Origin: Octopus vulgaris
Taxonomy: Eukaryota
Reading direction: 5' to 3'
Assembly (NCBI GenBank): GCA_951406725.2
Contig: OX597814.1
Location: 107,074,001-107,138,000 of the forward strand
DNA: 64,000 nucleotides
This document shows, one piece after another, positions 40,601 to 49,758 of the stretch (the first letter of the stretch is position 1; every line of letters starts with the position of its first letter). Below the pieces are notes generated by a model, which had not been told where the DNA came from, searched no databases, and was given only the letters and a program-made list of their open reading frames with translations. A program made the position numbers and the translations under genes.

Positions 40601-41593
40601 GTTTATTCGATTTTTAGTATGTTACTGGCACTTATTTTATCGAATAAAATAAGTGATTTTGAGAAAATCCCAGCAGGAAGGTCGACTGCCATCGGGATGT
40701 ACCGAACAAAGTAGAAGGGATAAATTTAAATAGGCCTATACAAGTGAATTTTAAAGGGAACCCAGGCAAAAATAAACATTCCTTTAATTTGTGTGTCTGT
40801 GTGATTGTCCAGGTATGATAGGAAGAAGAAGCCTGGTAGCCCTACCTTTTGTCTCTGGGTTAGAGGCAGATGTTTTTTTATGGACCATTTTTGCGATTCT
40901 TTCGCTCCCCTCACAGATTCTAAATGCTGCGCTGACGACAACAACAGCAAAGTTTTCCGACGTAGAATGAAGGAAGTCGCAGAATTATTGCCAAATATAA
41001 ATAAATTACTTTTTTAAACCCAAAATATTCGAGATATTTGGAGGAGATGGTCTGCTAACCACGAAGTTGATGATGCCTCGTCACTAAAGTGAGGTGCATG
41101 GCTGTTCTAACGTCTCAGCCTCGCCATCATTCTTCCTGCCAGTCTTCTTGGATTGTTTCTGTTCATAAAGTGGAAAATATAACTCTAAAGATAAAAAACG
41201 GCAAATCAGAACCGAATTTACCTCTTTATATCTCCACTAGCGAATGTATATAAGTGCCGATATGTATTTAATGTTCATGCGTATACAAATTATGTCTAAC
41301 TTGTTTAAATTATATTTATCATTTATATAAAACCGGTTACAAATAAAAGTTGGTGAAAAAGTTTTATAAAGTTATGTTCGTGTGTTATAAAGTTATGTTC
41401 GTGTTTTCTAAAACTGTTTTATAACAAAGACTGGAATATTTCAGAGATAATGAGGTGTGTGGAAGGTTGCACGATAAAAGATAATTGTGAATATAATTTG
41501 AAAAACACAAAACATTTTGTCTTACCTCCTCCGTAAAGGCAATATTCGACTAACTGTCCCAGCTGACAGCGATAACAACCTGTTTATATACAT
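142..41593 (-). CDS. ALDH1L1/ALDH1L2: 10-formyltetrahydrofolate dehydrogenase (ALDH1L family), spliced gene, 12 coding exons in window, 3' part beyond left edge
   Basis: Exons 41526-41593, 29235-29371, 25505-25739, 12364-12529, 10658-10759, 10017-10106, 6243-6377, 4751-4879, 3459-3544, 1411-1558, 1032-1151 and 142-204 join in frame through GT-AG introns (1479 nt, about 493 aa). Motifs: [19 protein letters not shown] (His106), WADDGLDTG (Asp142), [11 protein letters not shown] (carrier Ser), [13 protein letters not shown] (ALDH start). Confidence 0.95.
733..993. repeat. Long inverted repeat (arms about 125 bp, loop about 12 nt)
   Basis: TTGTGTCTGGGGAGAGT...TTGCAACCTTTTCAAT is mirrored by ATTGAAAAGTTTGCAA...ACTCTCCCCAGACACAA. 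Confidence 0.9.
1032..1151 (-). CDS. ALDH1L1/ALDH1L2: ALDH1L exon 11 ([40 protein letters not shown])
   Basis: CACCAG| acceptor, TCG|GTGAGT donor, 120 nt; start of the ALDH domain. Confidence 0.95.
1411..1558 (-). CDS. ALDH1L1/ALDH1L2: ALDH1L exon 10 ([25 protein letters not shown]...[13 protein letters not shown])
   Basis: TTTTTAG| acceptor, GCT|GTAAGT donor, 148 nt. Confidence 0.95.
1952..2102. repeat. Near-perfect palindrome centred at 2027
   Basis: ...CTGACAAAACTCTGTGC-T-GCACAGAGTTTTGTCAG..., arms about 75 bp. Confidence 0.92.
3459..3544 (-). CDS. ALDH1L1/ALDH1L2: ALDH1L exon 9, acyl-carrier domain ([29 protein letters not shown])
   Basis: TTCCAG| acceptor, AG|GTAAAT donor, 86 nt; DFFxxGxxS phosphopantetheine attachment motif. 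Confidence 0.96.
4751..4879 (-). CDS. ALDH1L1/ALDH1L2: ALDH1L exon 8 ([20 protein letters not shown]...[15 protein letters not shown])
   Basis: TTTTCCAG| acceptor, AAG|GTAAAG donor, 129 nt; GKMIxAS and ELTAEE motifs. Confidence 0.93.
4938..5268. mobile_element. hAT (Charlie-type) MITE
   Basis: TIRs CAGTGGTTCTCAAC / GTTGAGAACCATTG. The 8-bp flanks TACTAAAA and GTCTAGAG have diverged but both keep a central TA. Confidence 0.75.
5404..6085 (+). mobile_element. Non-autonomous Helentron/HINE-like element with internal duplication
   Basis: Starts AACTAGC and ends with a CA-rich tract then TTTATTATTACAGAT. The block ATTACCATTAATA..TGTCTGTTTATA occurs twice (about 5429 and 5791). Confidence 0.45.
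6243..6377 (-). CDS. ALDH1L1/ALDH1L2: ALDH1L exon 7 ([10 protein letters not shown]...[19 protein letters not shown])
   Basis: TTTACAG| acceptor, ATG|GTAAGC donor, 135 nt; LFGND motif. Confidence 0.94.
6530..7401. repeat. Cluster of three inverted repeats (6530-6756, 6769-6958, 7286-7401)
   Basis: Each pair of arms reads as a reverse complement, e.g. ATTTAAAGTAAACAGAAAATGGAGAAATATTGATCA / TGATCAATATTTCTCCATTTTCTGTTTACTTTAAAT. Confidence 0.9.
7693..8106. mobile_element. Non-autonomous DNA element with about 175-bp tandem duplication and GGGTTAA end (piggyBac-like terminus)
   Basis: AACAGAAATATGGTAACAAA(A/G)GGGTTAAAGTGATC occurs twice (about 7894 and 8062); related sequence at about 37265-37425. 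Confidence 0.45.
9390..9866. repeat. 31-bp minisatellite, about 15-16 copies
   Basis: Unit TAAGTCTTCTAGCGATCCCTCC(C/T)CGATGCC(G/T); GTCTTCTAG recurs every 31 nt from 9421 to 9855. Confidence 0.97.
10017..10106 (-). CDS. ALDH1L1/ALDH1L2: ALDH1L exon 6 ([30 protein letters not shown])
   Basis: TTTCAG| acceptor, CAG|GTAGGT donor, 90 nt; [11 protein letters not shown] motif. Confidence 0.96.
10658..10759 (-). CDS. ALDH1L1/ALDH1L2: ALDH1L exon 5 ([34 protein letters not shown])
   Basis: TTTCCTAG| acceptor, AAA|GTAAGA donor, 102 nt; QPEEGAxYE motif. Confidence 0.95.
12364..12529 (-). CDS. ALDH1L1/ALDH1L2: ALDH1L exon 4 ([28 protein letters not shown]...[14 protein letters not shown])
   Basis: CTTTGTAG| acceptor, ATG|GTAAAT donor, 166 nt; catalytic Asp motif. 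Confidence 0.97.
13864..14298. repeat. Nested inverted repeats: about 40-bp outer arms enclosing a SINE-derived palindrome (13979-14141)
   Basis: Outer arms ATAGCTGCAGCATTGTACAGATCAGGGGTTGGCAATAGATAG / CTATCTATGGCCAAGCCCTGATCTGTACAATACTACAGCTAT. Inner arms AAGTCGATTATATCGACCCCAG... / ...CTGGGGTCGATGTAATCGACTT. Confidence 0.85.
15718..18575 (-). mobile_element. Degenerate Ty3/Gypsy pol (protease-RT-RNaseH-integrase), no gag or LTRs seen
   Basis: Protease LMDSGS (about 18560), [11 protein letters not shown] and YVDD, RNaseH VDAS/ELLAI/TDHKPL, integrase HHCC plus DLVGP/TDRG/VERFH, GPF motif near 15780. Several frameshifts and stops. Confidence 0.95.
19901..19944 (-). ncRNA. Minimal type-I hammerhead ribozyme motif
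   Basis: Minus strand: ACAC-CTGAAGA-A-GGCTG(loop)CAGCC-GAAA-TG-TT-GTGT; stems I and II pair. Confidence 0.65.
20004..20266. repeat. Hairpin whose right arm is interrupted by an RTE-tail repeat (about 20107-20250)
   Basis: AAGATTATATAGGACTGAGGTAACTC...GAGTTACCTCAGTCC [insertion] AGTCCTATATAATCTT. Confidence 0.8.
20298..20340 (+). ncRNA. Minimal type-I hammerhead ribozyme motif (one core substitution)
   Basis: TTGAAC-CTGTGGA-A-GGCA(loop)TGCC-GAAA-TA-TC-GTTCAA; perfect 6-bp stem I and 4-bp stem II. Confidence 0.6.
22134..23400 (+). mobile_element. Decayed RTE-clade LINE (RT and C-terminus)
   Basis: [42 protein letters not shown] and VLYGEL motifs, broken by stops and frameshifts. Confidence 0.88.
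24187..24226 (-). ncRNA. Minimal type-I hammerhead ribozyme motif (one core substitution)
   Basis: Minus strand: TCTTTT-CTGCTGA-A-GAGC-TTAG-GCTC-GAAA-CG-TA-AAAGA. Confidence 0.65.
24306..24971 (+). mobile_element. Non-autonomous Helentron/HINE-like element
   Basis: Starts TACTAGC...ACCCG...CGGG and ends ACAGACAGACATACATTCTCAGTTTTATATATATTGAGAT; same layout as 5404-6085. Confidence 0.45.
25505..25739 (-). CDS. ALDH1L1/ALDH1L2: ALDH1L exon 3 ([12 protein letters not shown]...[13 protein letters not shown]...[17 protein letters not shown])
   Basis: TTTTGCAG| acceptor, TG|GTCAGT donor, 235 nt; formyltransferase HPSxLP motif. Confidence 0.97.
25895..26850 (-). mobile_element. Tigger/pogo (CENP-B-like) transposon remnant
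   Basis: Fragments [41 protein letters not shown] and YLPEQIFN; decayed terminal repeats. Confidence 0.8.
27503..27986. mobile_element. About 480-bp fold-back element containing a hammerhead motif (Penelope pseudo-LTR-like)
   Basis: Arms 27503-27684 and 27791-27986 are diverged reverse complements. A hammerhead lies at about 27776-27820 (+), and its 3' half is repeated in the left arm (-). Confidence 0.75.
27776..27820 (+). ncRNA. Type-I hammerhead ribozyme motif (GAAA decayed to AAAA)
   Basis: ATCA-CTGAGGA-T-GACC(ATAATAA)GGTC-AAAA-CC-ACGA-GG-TT-TGGT. The inverted copy at 27655-27684 keeps GGTC-GAAA-CC-ACAA-AG-TC-TGAT. Confidence 0.7.
28105..28343 (+). mobile_element. Mariner 5' fragment (TIR, UTR, transposase N-terminus)
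   Basis: TA followed by TGAGGTCTAATCAATAAG terminus; decayed [21 protein letters not shown]. Confidence 0.75.
28843..28995. repeat. (TAT/CAT)n microsatellite
   Basis: Direct reading of the sequence. Confidence 0.95.
29235..29371 (-). CDS. ALDH1L1/ALDH1L2: ALDH1L exon 2 ([45 protein letters not shown])
   Basis: Polypyrimidine acceptor ...TTTTTTCCAG|, internal ATG at 29361-29359, donor G|GTAAGT; matches the ALDH1L1 N-terminus. Confidence 0.96.
29815..30110 (+). mobile_element. RTE-like LINE 3' fragment (same family as 48270-48690 and 57425-57650)
   Basis: [23 protein letters not shown], ending ACAATGATGATGA. Confidence 0.8.
30490..31790 (-). mobile_element. Old RTE-like LINE remnant interrupted by two opposed repeats
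   Basis: [20 protein letters not shown] (about 31640-31780) and a decayed [15 protein letters not shown] segment (about 30560-30660). Confidence 0.6.
32851..33255 (+). mobile_element. tRNA-derived SINE family A, full-length copy; further copies at about 2970-3290, 12810-13180, 21910-22060, 42710-43120, 43195-43600, 49946-50265, 57650-57900
   Basis: A-box-like TAGCTGTGTGG, B-box-like GGTTCAGTCCC, CACCT(T/A)GGGCAAGTG core, internal TA/TG microsatellite, GAAACAAGTAAAAGA tail. Confidence 0.85.
33548..34208 (+). mobile_element. RTE-type LINE 3' end with sub-repeated 3' UTR and (GAT)n tail; many shorter copies (about 3313, 4207, 10855, 25225, 30775, 31256, 36520, 51843, 56410)
   Basis: ORF end [24 protein letters not shown], repeated GGTGGCACGTAAAAAGCACC units, GGAAGGGCATCCAGC core, AAACGATGATGATGAT tail. 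Confidence 0.8.
39450..39660 (-). promoter_or_regulatory. Candidate alternative promoter / non-coding first exon of ALDH1L
   Basis: On the minus strand a GC box CCGCCC (39501-39496) abuts TATAAATA (39495-39488). Donor-like sites GAG|GTAACG (39451/39450), AAG|GTATGC and AAG|GTAGGT lie nearby in CpG-retaining sequence. Confidence 0.3.
39808..40047 (-). mobile_element. tRNA-derived SINE family B; further copies at about 10290-10470, 28630-28840, 46315-46530, 55250-55615
   Basis: Minus strand GGCGGCGAGCTGGCA...GTTCTGAGTTCAAATTC..GAGGTCGACTTTGCCTTTCATCC...AAAGAAATAGG. Confidence 0.8.
41526..41593 (-). CDS. ALDH1L1/ALDH1L2: ALDH1L coding exon 1: putative mitochondrial targeting presequence [22 protein letters not shown](R)
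   Basis: ATG at 41593-41591 and donor AG|GTAAGA at 41526/41525. The phase-2 end joins the first A of exon 2 to give R-L-S-S-M-R-I-A in frame. The peptide is Arg/Ser/Leu-rich with no acidic residues. Confidence 0.75.
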
Positions 41594-42913
41594 GGGCAAG
41601 CTAATATATTCATATATAAGAGGGTGGGTTTGTTCTTATCCTATTATCGTTGGCCTACCAACTAGAATTGTTTTATGTTGCTATATATTTATGTCAAACT
41701 TTAAGTATTAATGTGTGTTTTTAAGTCCTCTCATCCGCATACATATATCTAATATTTATATATATATACACTCGTGTATAAACAGCTTCTGGGCACGTTA
41801 CCTATGTTAAGACTTTTGTTATGGTGTATGTGTGTTGTAAATACACTTTTTTTTTTAGGTTTTCTGTATATTATATGTATGGGTGTGATAGAGGCTAATC
41901 CTGTAATTACAAAAGACAAATTATGCCTGTATATCACACCTGAAGTCCTAAACCATGAGTCCCTAGTTATTAAATTATTCTATGAAAAGGCTGTGGTAAT
42001 AATAATAATCCTTTCTGCCTGTGTATGCCGACCTCAGCAGTTAGAGATGACGAGGCTTTCGAAGGGCGAAAATTAAACAAAGCAGCCAGGAGAAGAAAGA
42101 GTTAAAGTGTGTATGGGGGTGGAAGACGGGTGCGAGACGACGGGTGCAGACGCAATTGCTTGTTGGGTGAGAAGGAAGAATGTATTCAGTAAATAAGATT
42201 TTGACGAAGATTTAGCGCTAAAACTAGAATTTTGAATGTGATTGGTATAAGCAGTTTTCTTTGGATGTGTTACAATATGTACCCTTACATCTATTTAATT
42301 CTGAATTTGCTTGACTCAGCGTAAGTCTGGGATTATTCGTTTACCAAAGTCATCAGTTCTTGAGTTAAAGAAGAGTGAATTCTTTAAAAACCAATTTTGT
42401 AGTCCAGCCTCAAAATATTGCAGACGAAAACTTCATTGGAGGTAGGGAGGACCGAACACATGCTATATCGATTGTTGCAATCTGTGATTAGAAGTTGAAA
42501 TTTAGTGGTATTTCGTGCCATTACGTTCTGATTCAAATTCCGCTGAGGTCGTTTGCCTCCACGTTTGGAAACCTTCAGAAGTTACGCACTGGGGTCGATA
42601 TAATCGACTTAATCCGTTTGTCTGTCCTTGTTTGTCCTCTCTGTGTTTAGCTCCTTGTGGGCAATAAAGAAATATATATCGTTTGTGCAACGATATATCA
42701 AGTTTATGTATTCTCTTTTACTTGCTTCAGTCATTTGACTGCGGCCATGCTGGAGCACCGCCTTTAGTCGAGCAACTCGACCCTAGGACTTATTCTTTGT
42801 AAGCCCAGTACTTATTCTGTCTGTCTCTTTTGCCGAACCGCTAAGTAACGGGGACATAAACACACCAGCATCGGTTGTCAAGCAATGCTAGAGGAACAAA
42901 CACAGACACACAA

Positions 42914-42955
<42 letters not shown>

Positions 42956-45034
42956 GACGGGCTTCTTTTCAGTTTCCGTCTACCAAATCCACTCACAAGG
43001 CATTGGTCGGCCCGAGGCTATAGTAGAAGACACTTGCCCAAGGTGCCGCGCAGTGGGACTGAACCCAGAACCATGTGGTTGGTAAACAAGCTACCTACCA
43101 CACAGCCACTCCTGCGCCTTATTAATTGTTTTTTGTTTTTTTTTCGGAAAGAAATTACACAGATTTGAATTTAATAATTACGTATATAACATGCATTCTT
43201 TTATTCTTTTACTTGTTTCAGGCGTTTGGCTGCGGCCATGCTGGAGCACCGCCTTTAGTCGAGCAAATCGACCCCAGGACTTATTCTTTGTAAGCCTAGT
43301 ACTTATTCTATCGGTCTCTTGCTGAAACGCTAGCTCACGGGGACGTAAACACACCAGCATCGGTTGTCAAGCGATGTTGGGGGGGAGACAAATACAGACA
43401 CACACACACACACACACACACATGTATGTACGACAGGCTTCTTTCCGTCTACCAAATCCACTACCAAATCCACTCACGAGGCTTTAGTCGGCCCGAAGCT
43501 ATAGTTGAAGACACTTGTCTAAGGTGCCACGCTGTGGGACTGAATCCGGAACTATGTGGTTGGTAAGCAAGCTACTTACCACACAGCCACTCCTGCGCCT
43601 ATGTACATGAAAGATTTATAATACAAAACCACATTAAAATACAAATACAAAATCGAAGAAAACACAAGCATGGGCGAAGAAAGAAAAATGGAAAAGAAAG
43701 AAAAAAACCTTCAATCAACATCAAGTGCCTCAATGGGTCGCAACTACAAGGTTCAGCGGAATCTACTGAAATAAGTGAACATGATCGCGGCATTACCACA
43801 GACGATGGCGGGGTTTAAGGCGTTGGAACAGGGAAACAACCTCATGGGCATCAACAGACACCTCGGTAAGGCGAGCCACGCACGATAACAAGAACTTCGT
43901 TGTCAGCGGCCCAGCCCCTACACACCACAAGCCGGAAGAAATAGTTCACTTCCAGGTCCTGATAGTTAAGGATTTTGTTCCGTTCGGCCGCAGAGGCCGT
44001 GACCCTCCCATTTACCACAGATTACAGGATGTGAGAACGAACAAACACATGCATACGTACTTAGATGCGTATACACATACATCATAAATGCATACGCACA
44101 TACATGCATATATAGACAGATAGATAGAATACGTATATATCCATATACATGTTTGTAAATACGTATGCACACACACACACACACACACACACTCACATCC
44201 TTTAAGTTCATTTATGTGAAACGTTTTTGAGTGCGCTCATAAAAGGTCCTATGCTATCTATTCCGGTTAGAGGTTAGAGAAAAATTATGGGAAGGTTATT
44301 AGCCTGGTGCCACCATAGCACAAAATGATTCCAGAAATAACAAGAACTTTTGAATGGAAATTAATAAATCTTTTAATGCATTGCTACATAAGATAAGATA
44401 AGACTTCCCCTGTTTCATTATCAATGGTCTGCTAGTGGGCGACCTCCTTAATTGTCAGCTAACATTTTGTTTTAAGTTTTCCTTTACCAAACCTCATGAT
44501 ATTGCTTCTAATAAAATCTTGATTTTTATGATTATACCAACTATGATTTCTGTCTGCTCCCTCAGCCTAACAGATACTGCCCTTTGATCTCTCAGCCTTA
44601 GATATACAAGGATTTGATAAACTAGTCTATAAAAAAAATGATCGCATAAAAACAAAACAAAAAAATCAGTGACAGGCAGCGTCTGTAACAATGTATATCT
44701 TCTTGATAACTTAGTAACTTCTATGCTGGAGTAAGAACAGCATATTCTTTGTCTATCTCCTTAATTTCTTACAGATTTTAGGTATAATTATGCTAATGTG
44801 TCCATCTGTTCTAATTTAATTAATTCTATGTCTTTGTGCAGCTGAGGATTGCTCTGCCTTTTAAATTAATGTAATGATTGCATTGTTCAATTAAATGGAG
44901 TTGCATGAAACGATCGTACTGGATATCCTTGTTGCTTATTTTGATTTTAATCACCATACTTTGAAATTGTATGGATAATACCGTATATATATGCGTCTAG
45001 TTTTTCAAAAACTAGCATTGAATTTTTGGACACA

Positions 45035-46290
45035 AGTTTTCTGGAGGCAGAATAGTGACAAAGTTATTTTGCAAGCCCACGTCATCCCACATTTATCTCC
45101 GCCACCGATTCGATCATCTACATCATATAATTCGGTCAAATCCGAAATCTCAATTTTCAAAGATAAAACGAATTCGTACCGACATAAGGGATTACTGGAA
45201 ACATGCACATGCTTTTGTACACCATTATGTCAAACGCGGTTATAGTGATTCATGATTAAAGGAAATAGCAAATGACAAAGAAAATCAAACTTTTACGCAC
45301 AATTTTAGCAAATAAAGTACAATATGTGACAGAATTCCTTCAGTGATTAACTGGCACCGAAATTTCGCTGGCATTTCAAAAGTATTACATGAAAGTTATC
45401 AGCATGTTGCGGAAAAATATCCTCGTTTCAAACAAATATTTCCTCGGTCACCTATTGTAGACTTTAGATGAAATAAAAAATGTAAGAGAACTACTAACCT
45501 CTACTTCTGACTCCAAGAAAACTAACATTGGAGTATCTGCATGCTGTACCTTGAAAAGCAGCCGCAAGATAGGTAAGCCCTGGTCATTGTGCAACAACAT
45601 GAGTGAGGTGAATTCCATCAGGAATAATAACAGAAATGTTATGATTTATACAAAAGGTGGGACATGTAGAGATTCCCACTTGGTGTATGCAGCAGATTGC
45701 ACGAAACACTACTTGATTTATGTTGGTTGTACAACAGAACAATTAAACAAAGATTGAATATGACGTCAGGCACAATAGCAGTAGTTCGACAGAACTTGCC
45801 GAACATTTTGCTTCAAACAGCTACAATTTTGGGGAAAAAAACTTGAAAGTGCATATTCTCAGAAAATATTCTGAATCTGCTACACTTTCAGTACTCAAAA
45901 CGCACGAGGAGAAATATATTTGCGTGTTATTAACACCACGTCCTGGAGGAATGAATAAAATGACAGAATTTCATCATATTTACACAAAACTATTTGAGTA
46001 AATATTCCTCTTTTTCCTTTTCTTTTTCTTTTCTTTTTTCTTTTCTTTTCTTCTTTTTCTCTTTCTTTCTTTCTTTCTTTTTGCCAGTTGTAAACTTGAA
46101 AATTGAAGGCTGATGATGTCATTCCATCGACGTGAGAATGCTGGTTACCTTCGTTCATATTTTGGATTTGAATTTCTATAATTTTGAACTTTTATCACTT
46201 TTCATTTTGAACTCGACAAAAACAGACAAGCTGTTGAAATTTCGTTCAACCAATAAAATATCTATAGCAATCGCTCTTTGTATTGTCTAT
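45035..46290 (+). mobile_element. Penelope-like element remnant (post-RT linker, GIY-YIG endonuclease, pseudo-LTR)
   Basis: SQFSKIKRI..HYVKRGY and TCRDSHLVYAADC..LIYVGCT..L. A degenerate hammerhead GAAGG-CTGATGA...CCTTC lies at about 46105-46152. Confidence 0.75.
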
Positions 46291-46555
46291 CATCATCATC
46301 ATTATTATTATTTAGGGGGCGATCTGGCAGGATCGTTAGCACACCGGACGAAATGCTTAGCGGTATTTCGCCCGTCGCTATGTTCTGAATTCAAACTCCG
46401 CCGAGGTCGACTTTGTCGTTCATCCTTTCGGGTCGATAAATTAAGTACCAGTTATGTACTGGGGTCGGTGTAATCAACTTAAACCCTCCAGCCAAAAATT
46501 AGGGCCTTGTGCCCGTAATAGAAAGAATTATCGTCATCATCATCATCATTATTAT

Positions 46556-47970
46556 TTTTCCTTCTTTCTTCAAAATTTCTTCCGTTTCTCGCCGGGTATT
46601 TTCCGTACACCTAGGGCAGAGAAGCTCATTGCATGCATTCCCAGATTACACACGCAAATTCACAGGTAAAATATGTATTTAAAAAATTAATGAATAAATA
46701 AATTCATGAATGGATGTTGGTTTCACAGCGATAATGCTCTTCTCAGTACATGAGCCGTTCCAGTTAACACGATTTTTTGCACTTCCTGTAGGGATGGTAA
46801 GTCTGGTATCATTTTCAAATAGGTTTCAGTGCCTTTTTTTAATCATTCCTAGAGATCCTACAATCACTGGTACTGTAGTCGCCTTAAGATGCCACATTTT
46901 TTCAATTTCTATTAGCAAGTCTTTATATTTACTGATCTTGTCAAATTCTTTCGCCGCTATATTGTGATCGCAAGGAATACTCATGTCAATTAATAAACAC
47001 ATCTTTTTTGTCTGATCTTTTATAATAATATCCGGTTTATTAGCTTTTATAGTTTTGTCGGTATGTACGGGGAAGTCCCATAGAATCGACACATTTTCTC
47101 CTTCAATCACAGCTTCAGGATAGTGTTTATACCATTCGTCAGCAGTTTTGATTTTATAATGCCGACATATTGTCCAGTGTAAATACTGGCCGACTCTGTA
47201 ATGTCTTGCTTTATATTCTACAGGTGCTAAGATTCTACACACTGAGATTAGATGGTCTATTGTTTCAATCTCATCGTTACAGAATCGGCATTTTGGGTCA
47301 GCTCCATTTTTTATCACATTGGCTTGGTAGTTCCGGGTTAATAAGCTTTGGTCTTGAGCAGCTAAATATGAAACCTTCACTCTCCGCTTTTAGCCCTGAG
47401 CTTCGTAACCATTGGTGCGTGTGTTTCTGGTCGACATCAGCTTGTTTGCTACGGGCTACATAATTGCCATCTGCTAGCTAATTTTTCATGTGCTTTTATC
47501 TTTGCAATTAATTTTATTTTATTTACACCAGCAGTTGGCGCATTTCCTTCGACCTGATCAATCTGGTGGGTATCTAAGAGATCAGTAGCGAATTTTTTGC
47601 TCTCTTTCAGAATAGAGTGAATTGTTTTCGGTCTTTCGTGTTTTTCAACAAGTTTTAGCATCCAATCGTTGGTTGCTTCAAGGTATTTGGCCAGTCCGAT
47701 TGTGGTGGTTTTGTACGTAAGTTCAAGCTGGATCAAACCTCGTCCTCCTTGAGCTCTGGGAAGGTAAAGACGATCCACGTCTGCCTTTGGATGGTTCATC
47801 TTATTACAAGTCAGTAGCTTCAAGGTATTTGGCCAGTCCGATTGTGGTGGTTTTGTACGTAAGTTCAAGCTGGATCGAACCTCGTCCTCCCTGAGCTCTG
47901 GGAAGGTAAAGACGATCCACGTCTGCCTTTGGATGGTTCATCTTATTACAAGTCAGTAGCTTGCGGATTT
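46556..47970 (-). mobile_element. 5'-truncated R4/Dong-like RLE non-LTR retrotransposon
   Basis: HPKADVDRLYLPR..GGRGL, AAQDQSL, CRFC..ETIDHL..C, KPDII, LIDMSIP and QKIVLTGTAHVLRRAL*. The 3' UTR ends in AATAATAATGATGAT. Confidence 0.9.
47679..47962. repeat. 142-bp tandem duplication inside the LINE
   Basis: CAAGGTATTTGGCC...CAAGTCAGTAGCTT at 47679-47820 and 47821-47962, nearly identical. Confidence 0.95.
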
Positions 47971-48269
47971 ATGTTTGCATTTTTATCCAGATTTGGCCAG
48001 AACTGGACAGCCAGAGACGATGTGCTCAACTGTATCGTTGCACTCGTTGCACATTCTGCATTTGGTGTTAGGGCCTGTTTTCGTTATTTTACTTTGATAG
48101 TCGTTTGTGATCAAGCATTAGTCTTGTGCAGTGAGAACCAGCTCTTCTATTTCTGCTTTTAGTCCAGCTCTTAAGCCATTCTGTCTTTTCACTTAGGCTC
48201 GTTTCTCTATCAGGCCTCGCACAATATTGTTCACGGAGTGATTTTCCCCTCCATTTCTTCTTCAGTATG

Positions 48270-48690
48270 TCTTATAGTTCTGTTTTACTTTTTAGCTCAG
48301 AAACCTGGACGTTATCAAAGAAGCTTGAGAGGCGGTTGGATGGAACTTACACTCGCCTCCTTATGAGAGCTCGAAATCTTTCGTGGAAGCGTCATTCAAC
48401 CAAAGTACAAATATACGGGAAATTACCACCTGTATCATCTCTTGTGAAAAGTAGAAGAGTCCAGTTTGCTGGACATTGTTGTAGAGCTGAAAACGAGGTA
48501 ATTTCTACTCTTCTCCTCTGGAAGCCATCTGCTCGCGATACCAGAGGGCGCACACTCTCCTACCCTGATGTAATCTCCAGGGATACAGGCATCCAGCATC
48601 AGGACCTCCGTAATGCTATGATGGACCGTGAGGTCTGACATAACATAGTAAATTCCATTGTCTCGACCACGGTCGAACAATGTTGATGAG
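48270..48690 (+). mobile_element. RTE-like LINE 3' fragment
   Basis: SETWTLSKKLERRLDGTYTRLLMR..RRVQFAGHCCR. Confidence 0.85.
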
Positions 48691-49758
48691 TTCTGTTCTC
48701 ACGTTTTTTTCTCTCTTTGAATCGACCCCAGAAGTTTATTTTTATGCCTGGTACTTAATCCATCGGTCAATTTTGTCGAACCGCTATGTTACAGAGATGT
48801 AAACACACCAACACCGGTGGTCAAGCGGTGGTGAGGGACAAGCACACACTCACATACACACACGCACGCGTGCACACACACACACACACATACATACACA
48901 CACTCACACACACACACGCTAGCGCAGCAAGTGGGGTGCGGCAGGAACGGCACTTTTAAAGGGGCACCGCTTTTGAGTCTGCTGTAGTCAATATGTGTTT
49001 TTTGTGAGGTCCGGAAGCGGCATGCACTCTAACGCTAATCCATTCACAAGGCTTTGATCCGGCCCCAGATTATAATAGAAGACACTTGCCCAAGGTGTCA
49101 CACAGAGGGACTGAACCTGGAACCGCAGCCACGCCTGCGCTTGTTTTATCTTCACAAACGCGACAGATTGATTTCTAAAATTCCCCAATTTTCGCATCAG
49201 TAACCAAAGTCTTCTTTTACCCATTTCATTATTCCTCTCACATCTTCACATCCACCCCCCAAAAAAAAACTTTTCGTTTCAGTATAACCATTTCTGATTT
49301 TGCAGCAGCTGGAGGATTTTTTTTCCTTTATTTCTCTCTTTTACCTCCCTATTTCGTCTGACACAGTTTTTTTGTCAAAAGCTTTTCTTTTTAATGACCT
49401 AGTTTGGGCGAATCGCGGCTGTTTGGGTGAGAATGCGATTCAAGCATTAAAGCGGTTAGGATACTAAACATAGATAAGATTCGCACAAGTCTGCCAGACG
49501 AAAATCAGCCGAAAGCGATCTAAAGTGGGAGCTGTTTAAAGTACTGTCAACGAGAAAAGAAAAAAATAACAGAAACATGCATTTGTATAATTTGATATGC
49601 CGTCCACATGTTTCTTTTGTAACGATATATTTTTAAAGGAAGTAACATAATCTATCGAGACATCTTTTAATAGACGTTCATGATTATTGTACTGTATGTA
49701 ACATGGAAGAAACAAGAAATTAAAAGTAAATTTGGATTTAGAATTCTTTTATTCTTTT

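Noticed and set aside
41041-41170. Alternative ALDH1L leader exon (ATGATGGCGAGG on the minus strand)
   Set aside because: It hits a stop after six codons and has no suitable donor; 41526-41593 fits much better.
42040-42080. Additional hammerhead (ATGACGA...GGGC-GAAA)
   Set aside because: The first core base is wrong, stem II is mismatched and there is no convincing stem I.
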